32,000 nt of DNA, from NCBI RefSeq assembly GCF_000018105.1, contig NC_009926.1, positions 150,001 through 182,000 on the forward strand, read 5' to 3'. A program made the position numbers and the translations under genes. The notes under the pieces were generated by a model. The model had not been told where the DNA came from. It was given only the letters and a program-made list of their open reading frames with translations, and did not search any database. This stretch comes from Acaryochloris marina MBIC11017 (GTDB taxonomy: Bacteria > Cyanobacteriota > Cyanobacteriia > Thermosynechococcales > Thermosynechococcaceae). Of this stretch, positions 8,827 to 16,695 are shown in pieces. Position 1 is the first letter of the stretch. Each line of letters starts with the position of its first letter.

Positions 8827-9744
8827 ATGGGACGGATCACAGACGGAATGACACCTCAAAAAGCAGCCTCTATTCTTCGTGATGCTGGGTTCGAAGTGGA
8901 TCCTCTGAGCTTACGCCTGGAACGCAGGGAAGAACTCTGGGTGATGCCTCTTAGCGGAGATCGGATTGCATGGTTCTCAACGACGTCCGAGTCCGCTCGT
9001 CTCCTGGCATTCGAACGGCGGGTGCAGGAGTTAGTTAGTCGTCACACCAGCCTTTGCGTGCCAGTTTCTACGTTTATGAATGACGTGGTTGAAGTTCGGA
9101 ACGCTGTTCCTGGACTGGTTGATCATGGGGTACTCTTCAAGACATTTCTTGCCGATTCCTCGCTCGCACAGCGCTTCGGTCACGAGCTTGGCCATGCTCT
9201 CGCCGACCTTCATGGTTCCATTCCGGCAAGCCAGCATGGAGACTGGCTTCCCAAACAACTCGAATGGCCCTTGCCGCACCATGAGGTGATCGAGAAGATA
9301 GACGTCGTTATCGACGACCCAGGCTTAGTCGCACAGATTGACCATGTTTTGACCATGCATGAGACCATCGTTGTTGATCCAAGCGACCTCGTTCTACTCC
9401 ATGGCGACCTTGGTTTTCATAATGTCGCTGTGGAGTACGAGAACCTGGCGTTTCGGGGACTTTTTGACTTCAAAGATGCCGCGCGTGCAGATCGCCACCT
9501 CGACTTTCGCTATCTCATTTTCACACCGGGGCGCTTCGATATGCTTGACGCCTGCTGTGCTGAATACTCGAGACTTACCGGTCGCACCTTGGACCAGCAG
9601 CGGATTAAACTGTACAACGCAATTTGGGCAATCAGCCACTTGGCTCACCGGGCCGGAACTGCTCCAGATGAACTATCCTGCGGGCGGACTTTGGAAAGAG
9701 ATCTGTGGTGGACTAGAAGTGCTATCGCTTCACTGTCTGCTTGA
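8827..9744 (+). CDS. Phosphotransferase-family (APH/choline-kinase-like) protein
   Basis: Catalytic-loop motif LLHGDLGFHNVAV, followed by FDFKDAARADRHLDF. Confidence 0.7.
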   Translation: MGRITDGMTPQKAASILRDAGFEVDPLSLRLERREELWVMPLSGDRIAWFSTTSESARLLAFERRVQELVSRHTSLCVPVSTFMNDVVEVRNAVPGLVDHGVLFKTFLADSSLAQRFGHELGHALADLHGSIPASQHGDWLPKQLEWPLPHHEVIEKIDVVIDDPGLVAQIDHVLTMHETIVVDPSDLVLLHGDLGFHNVAVEYENLAFRGLFDFKDAARADRHLDFRYLIFTPGRFDMLDACCAEYSRLTGRTLDQQRIKLYNAIWAISHLAHRAGTAPDELSCGRTLERDLWWTRSAIASLSA

Positions 9745-10074
9745 CCAAGCATTGAGCGAGCTGACTAACAAACTTTGAATCTGACATGGGCTTCAGAAAT
9801 GTCGAGAGGCCACTTCAATTGCACATCCCGCCGGTCTGCTCAGCTCAATGAGACGAACAGGCCTACAATTCCTGCAAGGATTCCTAGATGGTCAAAACCT
9901 TGGACTTGGATCCGCAAGGCTTTGAGCTTATAAAACAACTCAGATGAAGTTACCAATTTCTCTAACCCAACCTGTGGAATGTTTGATAGAACGCTATCCC
10001 TCCACCATAATTTTTCGGTAAAGTGCTTCGACGGGATTTTGATGCTCTACCATGCCAATCTTGAGGAACCGGTA

Positions 10075-10707
10075 TCAGGGATGACGCTTGAGTATCCAAA
10101 ATGACGGTGCATCAGCCGCAATTTGTTGTTTACGCGTGATTTCAAACCCATTTTTTTGGTAAAACCGCACTGCCAACTCTGTCGCTGTTACCACAGAACA
10201 AGGAAGACCCTCCTTACTTGCCTGCAGCAAAATGGGTTCTAGTAAGCGAGTTCCTATCCCTTGCCCTTGACTGTCTGGATGTACCACCATGAGCCCCAAA
10301 TCCCAATAAGGAGACTCGCCCATATCTTGTTGCTGGGCTTTTTCGATGGCAGACAAGACCTTGAGCCATCGTGCCAAGCGATTCCAACCCACCTTCACCG
10401 GTAACTGATACACCTTCAACTGCAGTGCCATCTTAATTTGCTGGAGCCAATGGCTGGAGACTTCCCCTGCTGGTGGTAACCAAACTGCTACTCCCTGTAT
10501 ATCTGATGTCGTATAGGTATACCCATACTGGATGCAATAGGCCATTAATCGACTCGTCAGCCAAGTTAATGCCTGAAATCTCAGTTCCGGATCATCTGGT
10601 GTTAAATTGCTAAATACCGGATCTGATATCAATGCATGTGCTGCCAGTTCACTGGCCTCTTCAATTTGCGACGGTCGTAACTGGAGTATATTAGAGTGAT
10701 CCATCAT
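10075..10707 (-). CDS. GNAT-family N-acetyltransferase
   Basis: Motif A: VVHPDSQGQGIGTRLLE...FYQKNGFE. The ORF-track start at 10797 is a TTG, and the ATG at 10707 (MMDHSN...) is more plausible. Confidence 0.75.
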   Translation of the reverse strand: MMDHSNILQLRPSQIEEASELAAHALISDPVFSNLTPDDPELRFQALTWLTSRLMAYCIQYGYTYTTSDIQGVAVWLPPAGEVSSHWLQQIKMALQLKVYQLPVKVGWNRLARWLKVLSAIEKAQQQDMGESPYWDLGLMVVHPDSQGQGIGTRLLEPILLQASKEGLPCSVVTATELAVRFYQKNGFEITRKQQIAADAPSFWILKRHP

Positions 10708-11084
10708 TTGAGAACCTAATAATTGGTTTGAAAAGCTGTCTTGAATGTGTTCAACGAACAAGTCAATATCCTGACCACCCTCGATGCAGTCGTGCAAATC
10801 ATAGGATGATATCTAGGTTGTAAACGCCACCAGCTAATGATGTTCAGCTTCTGCAATTACCATGAGAAGTTCTGCACCGAGACCATCCTGTTCTAAGCTT
10901 CTGGAGTGTTCCCTCCTCAAGGGCGCTGACTAGAGTTGGATTGCGGATGTGGTAAATCGTAGCGCCAGATAGAGTCATGGTTTGCTGCTCAACCCAATGA
11001 TTTAAGCCTGATCAGTCATGGCCTAACTTTCAAAGGAGATGCGCTATCGTGTAAGCATCGGTCTATCTTGCCGGAGGCATCGAG

Positions 11085-11675
11085 ATGGTACGTCCCTACC
11101 TAACAGGCCTGAGTGCTTCGCTACTAATGGTGATGAGTCCACTGGTGAGTCAGGCATCGGAGCTGCCGATTGTAGAATCTGCTGCATTAGGGATTGGTAA
11201 AAATCCACCCTGGTCTGAGCCTGTTCAGGTTGAAGATCCCTTTGAAGGTCAATTTATCGCCGTTTTTGATCGGCATCGTTTTAGTGATCGCTTCTTAAAT
11301 ACCCATATGCGGATCGAAGTCCAAAGCCTGTGGACGCAAGAGTATGTCCGCTTATTGCTTACCGCCAAAGATCGGGATTGCTATGGTCATCACGGTTTCT
11401 TATCATCATCCTATTGCAGCGAAGTAATCGACACTAAAAAAATCGTCAAATTGTTTGTCAAGATTGATGAACAAATCTATCAAGTCTCGGGGCAGCACAA
11501 TACGTTTCCTGTCAATTTAGAGTTAGCCAGCGCCCTTAGCAGGGCTTCAGAGCAAGAGATTCAAATTCGCTTAGTCACCGAAAGTGGCACTTCGGTGGAT
11601 AGCAAAATTGGCCCAAAAACTGTAAAAGCTTGGCAGACCCTTTATACCTCTACGCTATCTCACAATTTGAAGTAG
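11085..11675 (+). CDS. Hypothetical secreted protein
   Basis: N-terminal signal-like segment LSASLLMVMSPLVSQASE. I recognised no family motif. Confidence 0.5.
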   Translation: MVRPYLTGLSASLLMVMSPLVSQASELPIVESAALGIGKNPPWSEPVQVEDPFEGQFIAVFDRHRFSDRFLNTHMRIEVQSLWTQEYVRLLLTAKDRDCYGHHGFLSSSYCSEVIDTKKIVKLFVKIDEQIYQVSGQHNTFPVNLELASALSRASEQEIQIRLVTESGTSVDSKIGPKTVKAWQTLYTSTLSHNLK

Positions 11676-11911
11676 CAAACTCAATCATGCTGTTAGCAAT
11701 TGAGTATGGATGTCTATTGGTAATTCGAGTTCAGTTGAGAATTACACTTTGCTTTGCAACTAGTGCTGTTGCTTGGGTGCCAATTCGTGAAAAATATCAC
11801 CTAAATTCCGTCTAATATGACCATATATTCGCTATTTTCTATATTTTGGTAAAAATACTACATAATGTTTGCATTCCCATACACTGTGAGATAACTTTCG
11901 ATATGTCATTC

Positions 11912-11940
11912 GGTCTCCTTTGAAGTCTTCAAAGGAGACC
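11912..11940. other. Perfect 14-bp-arm palindrome GGTCTCCTTTGAAG-T-CTTCAAAGGAGACC
   Basis: Read directly from the sequence. A second hairpin, CCTGCGC-TCAAA-GCGCAGG, lies at 11974-11992. Neither is followed by a T-run on either strand. Confidence 0.5.
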
Positions 11941-12107
11941 TTGCTACCGCAGTATAGGTGAAACCTGACCAGTCCTGCGCTCAAAGCGCAGGCTTATACA
12001 GGATAGTTATTAATCGTTGTTGACAATAATTATAGATAATATCTGGAGAACATCCTAATTTCGGAATTATCATGCCTTGTCCGTTTAATCTATCGTTAGG
12101 CAGCTAA

Positions 12108-12524
12108 GTGGTGGAAATACGTCACGAAATATTGTTCGCCGAAAATTCAGACATCGACCCTGAAGAACTCAACGCTCTATTTCAGCTAGTCGGTTGGGAT
12201 AATCAAAAGCGGCGCACTGTATCCGAGACCAGAGTGATGCTGGATGCAACTCACTTCTATGTCCATGCTCATGTAAACAGGAAGCTTGTGGGTTTCGCTC
12301 GTGTATGTGGTGACCCATATGTCGCCCAAGTGCTTGATGTCATTACTCATCCCGAGTATCGATATCACGGCATTGCAACTGAATGTATGCACCGAATTGC
12401 ATCCTTTCTCAGTCAATCCAATTATGTCACCGTTACCCTGCTGGATGACTCTGGTATTCCGTGTTTTTATGAGCGTTTTGGGTTTCGAGGGATAGATGAA
12501 ACGCCTATGAAATGGTGTTCGTAG
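12108..12524 (+). CDS. GNAT-family N-acetyltransferase (GTG start)
   Basis: VGFARVCGDPYVAQVLDVITHPEYRYHGIATECM...FYERFGF fits the GNAT core. Confidence 0.65.
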   Translation: MVEIRHEILFAENSDIDPEELNALFQLVGWDNQKRRTVSETRVMLDATHFYVHAHVNRKLVGFARVCGDPYVAQVLDVITHPEYRYHGIATECMHRIASFLSQSNYVTVTLLDDSGIPCFYERFGFRGIDETPMKWCS

Positions 12525-12587
12525 CATCACCATAATTGCCACGAATATTTCACGATTAATATACAGTACGCATCAGGTAGGTCATCT

Positions 12588-13034
12588 ATGAAAGCTTTTA
12601 GTATTGAGGCTGCTCCATTGGCAGCGAAGCCGCAAATTGGATCGATGCTTTCAGCATATCTTGCTGAATTGGGTGTAGGTGAACCGTATCAATATTTTCA
12701 CCAATACTGGGTTGAGCCTGGGCAACGCTATCCATTCTTGATCCGGCATCACTCAGACCTAGCTGGTTTTGCATTTGTTCGCCGTGTTGAACGATTTGAG
12801 ATGGCAGAGTTTTACATTGTGCCTGGATTTAGAAGGGTTGGAATTGGTCGATTTGCAGTAGAAGAACTCGTTAGACAATTCACGGGCTTGTGGATCGTTC
12901 GCGCATTCCCTGGCAATGAAAGAGCGTTGTTATTTTGGAGATCGGCTTTGAGGAGTCATTACATTAAGCATTTGGTGGAGGGTTCAGAGGGTGAGCGCAT
13001 AGTGTTCACGTTTGAATCACTCAGGGCGCGTTAA
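12588..13034 (+). CDS. GNAT-like acetyltransferase
   Basis: EFYIVPGFRRVGIGRFAVEEL matches the R-x-x-G-x-G motif A. Confidence 0.6.
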   Translation: MKAFSIEAAPLAAKPQIGSMLSAYLAELGVGEPYQYFHQYWVEPGQRYPFLIRHHSDLAGFAFVRRVERFEMAEFYIVPGFRRVGIGRFAVEELVRQFTGLWIVRAFPGNERALLFWRSALRSHYIKHLVEGSEGERIVFTFESLRAR

Positions 13035-13068
13035 TGGCTGATCAGGTTATTGGTATTTCCGAGTTAGC

Positions 13069-14343
13069 TCAGGTGATTTCTACCCATCTCAATTGCCGAA
13101 TACTATATCCACCGACGGCAATCAGCATCCCGCAGGTAGCAAAAATAGAAACCTGTAATGCCATACCCGCACCTAATCCTGTGCCAAAAATAGGTCCAAA
13201 GAACCCTGCTAATGCCCCACTGGGCTGCATGGCTGGTTCAAAGAAATGATCAGCTAACGGACCTGCGATCGCATATCCGATCGGACTACTCAACTGGGTC
13301 AGCAAAAATTGCGTTGCAAACACTCGCCCTTGCACCTCAGGTTCCACCTTTGACATCCAAATGGTTTGATTTGCACTCTCTGGAAACGGCGAACAGAATC
13401 CACACACTAGCGCTGTCCCAATCTTAGTCACTGTTTGCTGTGCAAGAGCCAACACAATAATGCCGAACTTCCACAGGGCACTGGCAATCAAAACACCGTG
13501 AATGCGGCGCTTCGGTCCGCCGCTAATACTAATGGTGAGTCCGCCCAGCAGACCGCCCATGCCAAAGAAAGCGAGAAGCGTTCCCCAAATTAGCGGGTTA
13601 TTATTGCTCCGAGCTAAAACCATCGCGGGCAAAATGGCGAATATCGTACTGCCAATCAGGCTATTGACGATCCAAAAACCCAGTAGAGCCATCAGACTAG
13701 GCCGAACCCAGAGATACTGGAGACCAAAGGCTAAGGAAGACCAAGACGTTTTTGGTTTAGTCGGCTGTTCTGATGGCTGAGGGATTTTGACCAAGGCTAG
13801 ACTGGTGATCGCCATGCCAAAGGTGACAATATCGATGCTGAGAACCCCCGTTAACCCGGTGGCAGCATAGAGCGCACCCGCTAAAGCCGGAGCCAAAACA
13901 TAACTCCCAGACATTTGGACAGAACCCAGGGCAGTAGCACGGGCATAATGTTTTTCGGCCACGATTAAAGTTAGAGAAGCCGAATAGGCTAGACCTTGGA
14001 TGTAGCCGAATAAGCCGTTAATGGCCCCAGAAAGGTAGAGATGCCACACCTGAAGCTGATCCGTGAGAAACAGCATCAGTAGGGTGAGGGTAGACAGTCC
14101 TGCAGCTAGATCACCTAGCAGCATCAAGTGTTTGCGAGAGTATCGATCCACCCAGATCCCGGCAAAGGGGGAAACCAGAAGTTTGGGAATCTGAGTGAAC
14201 ACCATAATCAAAGATAAGGGGGTTGCTTGTCCGGTGATTTCCCAGGCCCATAAAGTGATGGCAAAGTTGGTTAGTTCTGAACCCAAGAGTGATGCAAACT
14301 GTCCAAGCCAGATGATCAGAAAGGTGCGCATAGGTCCTGGCAT
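13069..14343 (-). CDS. MFS transporter, MFS_3/EntS-like (possible siderophore exporter)
   Basis: The N-terminus FLIIWLGQFASLLGSELTNFAITLWAWEITGQATPLSL...AGIWVDRYSRKHLMLLGD is typical of the EntS-like family. It has multiple TM segments. Confidence 0.7.
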   Translation of the reverse strand: MPGPMRTFLIIWLGQFASLLGSELTNFAITLWAWEITGQATPLSLIMVFTQIPKLLVSPFAGIWVDRYSRKHLMLLGDLAAGLSTLTLLMLFLTDQLQVWHLYLSGAINGLFGYIQGLAYSASLTLIVAEKHYARATALGSVQMSGSYVLAPALAGALYAATGLTGVLSIDIVTFGMAITSLALVKIPQPSEQPTKPKTSWSSLAFGLQYLWVRPSLMALLGFWIVNSLIGSTIFAILPAMVLARSNNNPLIWGTLLAFFGMGGLLGGLTISISGGPKRRIHGVLIASALWKFGIIVLALAQQTVTKIGTALVCGFCSPFPESANQTIWMSKVEPEVQGRVFATQFLLTQLSSPIGYAIAGPLADHFFEPAMQPSGALAGFFGPIFGTGLGAGMALQVSIFATCGMLIAVGGYSIRQLRWVEIT

Positions 14344-14561
14344 TCAGAAATAGGAACGACGAATAGATTCAGAATTTCAATCGGATTAACCTGCAGGGAG
14401 GTGAAAGATATATCGAGGTAAGCCGATAAGCCAGTCGCCCTCAGGTGGAGTCAGGATTCAGGTTAAAGATCTCGAAAACACTCCATAAGTATTGGTAGTC
14501 GTTGTTCAAGCATGGAAGACTGTCAAACATTCAATATTCATTGATGACCCGCAGATCAACT

Positions 14562-15623
14562 TCAAGACTTGAATCGAGTGGGCATACGGCTGGTTTTAAT
14601 TTTTGAGAGTGACAGCTGTTGGTAGAGGTCACTGAGGAAAACTTCAGTGCCAATAGGCCCTAAGAGGGCATGGCATAGGTATACAGGGGTGAAATAGACC
14701 TTACCTTCTTTGCTCGGTGGTAGTGATTGTGCGATCGCATTCTCGCTCCACTCTGTTTTGATGGCTTTGACCTGCTGTTCTTCCGGGGTGGGAGTTTTAG
14801 CAGTGTTTTGGCTAGAGAAGCCTTCGATCAAAATCCAGTCCATATCCAGATTGGTCAACGATTCTAAAGAAATCACATGACTCGGTTCCTGAGATTGACT
14901 TAAATCAGCCGGGACCACCACTTCAAATCCAACGTCTTCAAGCAAGGCTCCACAGGAACTGTTTGCGGTTTCTAGGCGCACGCCCTGGCTCAGTTGCTCA
15001 GACAGCAGCAACAGAACTTTAGGGTCTTTAGCCACGATAGGCTGTAACTCTTGCTTGAGTTTGGCAACCTGTTGCTGAGACTCTGCAACCATCGTGGTGG
15101 CTTTGTCCGCTTTCTGGAGAGCTTGGCCGAGAGCTTCCAAATCGGTCTGCCACGCAGACCCTGCACCACTGTAGTCAAACAGTAAGGTGGGGGCAATTTT
15201 AGACAGCAGTTCATACTCATCTTTATTCTTAATGCTGTCGGCCAAAATCAAATCGGGTTTCAATTTTGCGATCGCTTCTAAGGATGGGCTCTCAGCAGTC
15301 CCCACATTATCTGGCTGTCTTGTCAGGTACTTTCCCAAATAGGGAATTTGCTGATCGGGCTGATCAAATTGGCGACTCGGGAAGGGAAAATACTCCGCAT
15401 GGGCAATCGGCTGTACCTCAAGAGCTAGTAAGAGTTCCAATAAATTGGGACCAATGGTGACCACCTTTTGCGGTTGACCACAGACCTCTGTTTCACCCAG
15501 ATCATGGGTAATGGTTCGACAGTCCGTTCCTGTTGAGGTGGATGGAGTGGGACGGGTACAGGCTATGCCCACTATCGCTAAGGCCATCAGTAGGCCCATC
15601 GTGTTCAATTTCAGTCGTGCCAT
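14562..15623 (-). CDS. Iron-siderophore ABC-type periplasmic binding lipoprotein (Peripla_BP_2-like), paralog B
   Basis: Lipobox IVGIAC, LKPDLILAD motif, and similarity to 15652-16695 along its whole length. Confidence 0.85.
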   Translation of the reverse strand: MARLKLNTMGLLMALAIVGIACTRPTPSTSTGTDCRTITHDLGETEVCGQPQKVVTIGPNLLELLLALEVQPIAHAEYFPFPSRQFDQPDQQIPYLGKYLTRQPDNVGTAESPSLEAIAKLKPDLILADSIKNKDEYELLSKIAPTLLFDYSGAGSAWQTDLEALGQALQKADKATTMVAESQQQVAKLKQELQPIVAKDPKVLLLLSEQLSQGVRLETANSSCGALLEDVGFEVVVPADLSQSQEPSHVISLESLTNLDMDWILIEGFSSQNTAKTPTPEEQQVKAIKTEWSENAIAQSLPPSKEGKVYFTPVYLCHALLGPIGTEVFLSDLYQQLSLSKIKTSRMPTRFKS

Positions 15624-15651
15624 ACGCTAGCTTTCCTAAAAGGGCTGGGGC

Positions 15652-16695
15652 TTATTGAGTGGGAGAATTCACTGCAGGCAGTAAATCAGCTTGCAATTGT
15701 TTGAGTAACAGCTCGGTGCCAATGGGACCCGGCAGAGCGCGACAGACATAGGCACTGTGAAAGTACACTTGGTTCGATTGGCTGGCGGGTAACGATTGTG
15801 CGATCGCATTCTCCTGCCACTGCTGCCGAACGGCTGAGATCTGCTGCTTTTCTAGATCAGGCCCCGCATCGCTAAAATCGGTATTCCAAGCTAGAAAAAA
15901 GATCCAGTCAGATTTCAGCTCTGGCAATACCTCAGGGGAAATATTGTTAACCCCTCGTGTCCCTGTACCGATATTTTTAGGCGCTAGTACCTTAAACCCC
16001 AGATTTTCGAGAAGTCCACCACAGCGACTGTCGCGATTCTCAATCGCCAGCTCCTGGTCCAGTTGCTCAGATGCCAACAATAAGACTTGCGGGTATGTCT
16101 GGACAGCAGGCCGTAATGTTTGACGGACCTCAGTTACCAATTGGTTGTGAGCAGCAATCACCTGCTCCGCCTTCTCAGAACGGTTTAATACCTTAGCCAG
16201 AAAACGAAGCTGGACCTGCCATTCCTCGTTAACCCCATAGGAAAACAGCAGTGTCGGAGCAGCTTGAGATAAAAGTGAGTACTGCCCCTGATTCGCTAGA
16301 GTACTTCCGACAATCAGGTCTGGCTTGAGTTTTAAAATGGCTTCCAGGGAAGGACTATTCCAAGTGCCCACTTTTTTGACCTGGCCTGTTAGCCGTTCTC
16401 CCAGGTAAGGAATTTGAGATTGGGGTTGATCAAAATTGTCGAAAGGTAGGGCATAGTAATCCGCATAGCCAACAGGCTGCATATCCAAAGCCAACAGCAA
16501 CTCCAAAATGCTGGGGCCAATGGCAACAATGGTTTGGGGTTGCCCGCAAATCTCAGTTTCACCTCCATCATGCTGAATGCGTTCACAACCGCTGGTTGGA
16601 GTGGTTTGATCGGGCTGGTTACCCGTTGTGCCACAAGCCAGCGTTAGAGCACCAACTAGTAGCCCAATAAATAGAGACTTGATAACGGTAGCCAT
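15652..16695 (-). CDS. Iron-siderophore ABC-type periplasmic binding lipoprotein, paralog A
   Basis: Lipobox LTLAC and LKPDLIVGS motif. Its ATG overlaps the receptor stop as TAATG at 16695. Confidence 0.85.
   Translation of the reverse strand: MATVIKSLFIGLLVGALTLACGTTGNQPDQTTPTSGCERIQHDGGETEICGQPQTIVAIGPSILELLLALDMQPVGYADYYALPFDNFDQPQSQIPYLGERLTGQVKKVGTWNSPSLEAILKLKPDLIVGSTLANQGQYSLLSQAAPTLLFSYGVNEEWQVQLRFLAKVLNRSEKAEQVIAAHNQLVTEVRQTLRPAVQTYPQVLLLASEQLDQELAIENRDSRCGGLLENLGFKVLAPKNIGTGTRGVNNISPEVLPELKSDWIFFLAWNTDFSDAGPDLEKQQISAVRQQWQENAIAQSLPASQSNQVYFHSAYVCRALPGPIGTELLLKQLQADLLPAVNSPTQ

Noticed and set aside
9745-10074. Minus-strand frame open for 80 or more codons (…EKLVTSSELFYKLKALRIQVQGFDHLGILAGIVGLFVSLS).
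   Set aside because: It has no start codon and no recognisable family, and it overlaps the end of the GNAT gene. I treated it as non-coding or a decayed fragment.
13034-13780. Plus-strand ORFs 13034-13249, 13212-13427 and 13502-13780.
   Set aside because: They are antisense to the EntS-like MFS gene and show no features.
14358-14545. Weak Fur-like AT-rich palindromes upstream of the EntS-like MFS gene: GAATAGATTC near 14361 and TCAATATTCATTGA near 14530.
   Set aside because: The arms are short (4-5 bp) and the match to the Fur consensus is poor. One lies about 190 bp from the start codon. They are not distinguishable from background AT-rich sequence.
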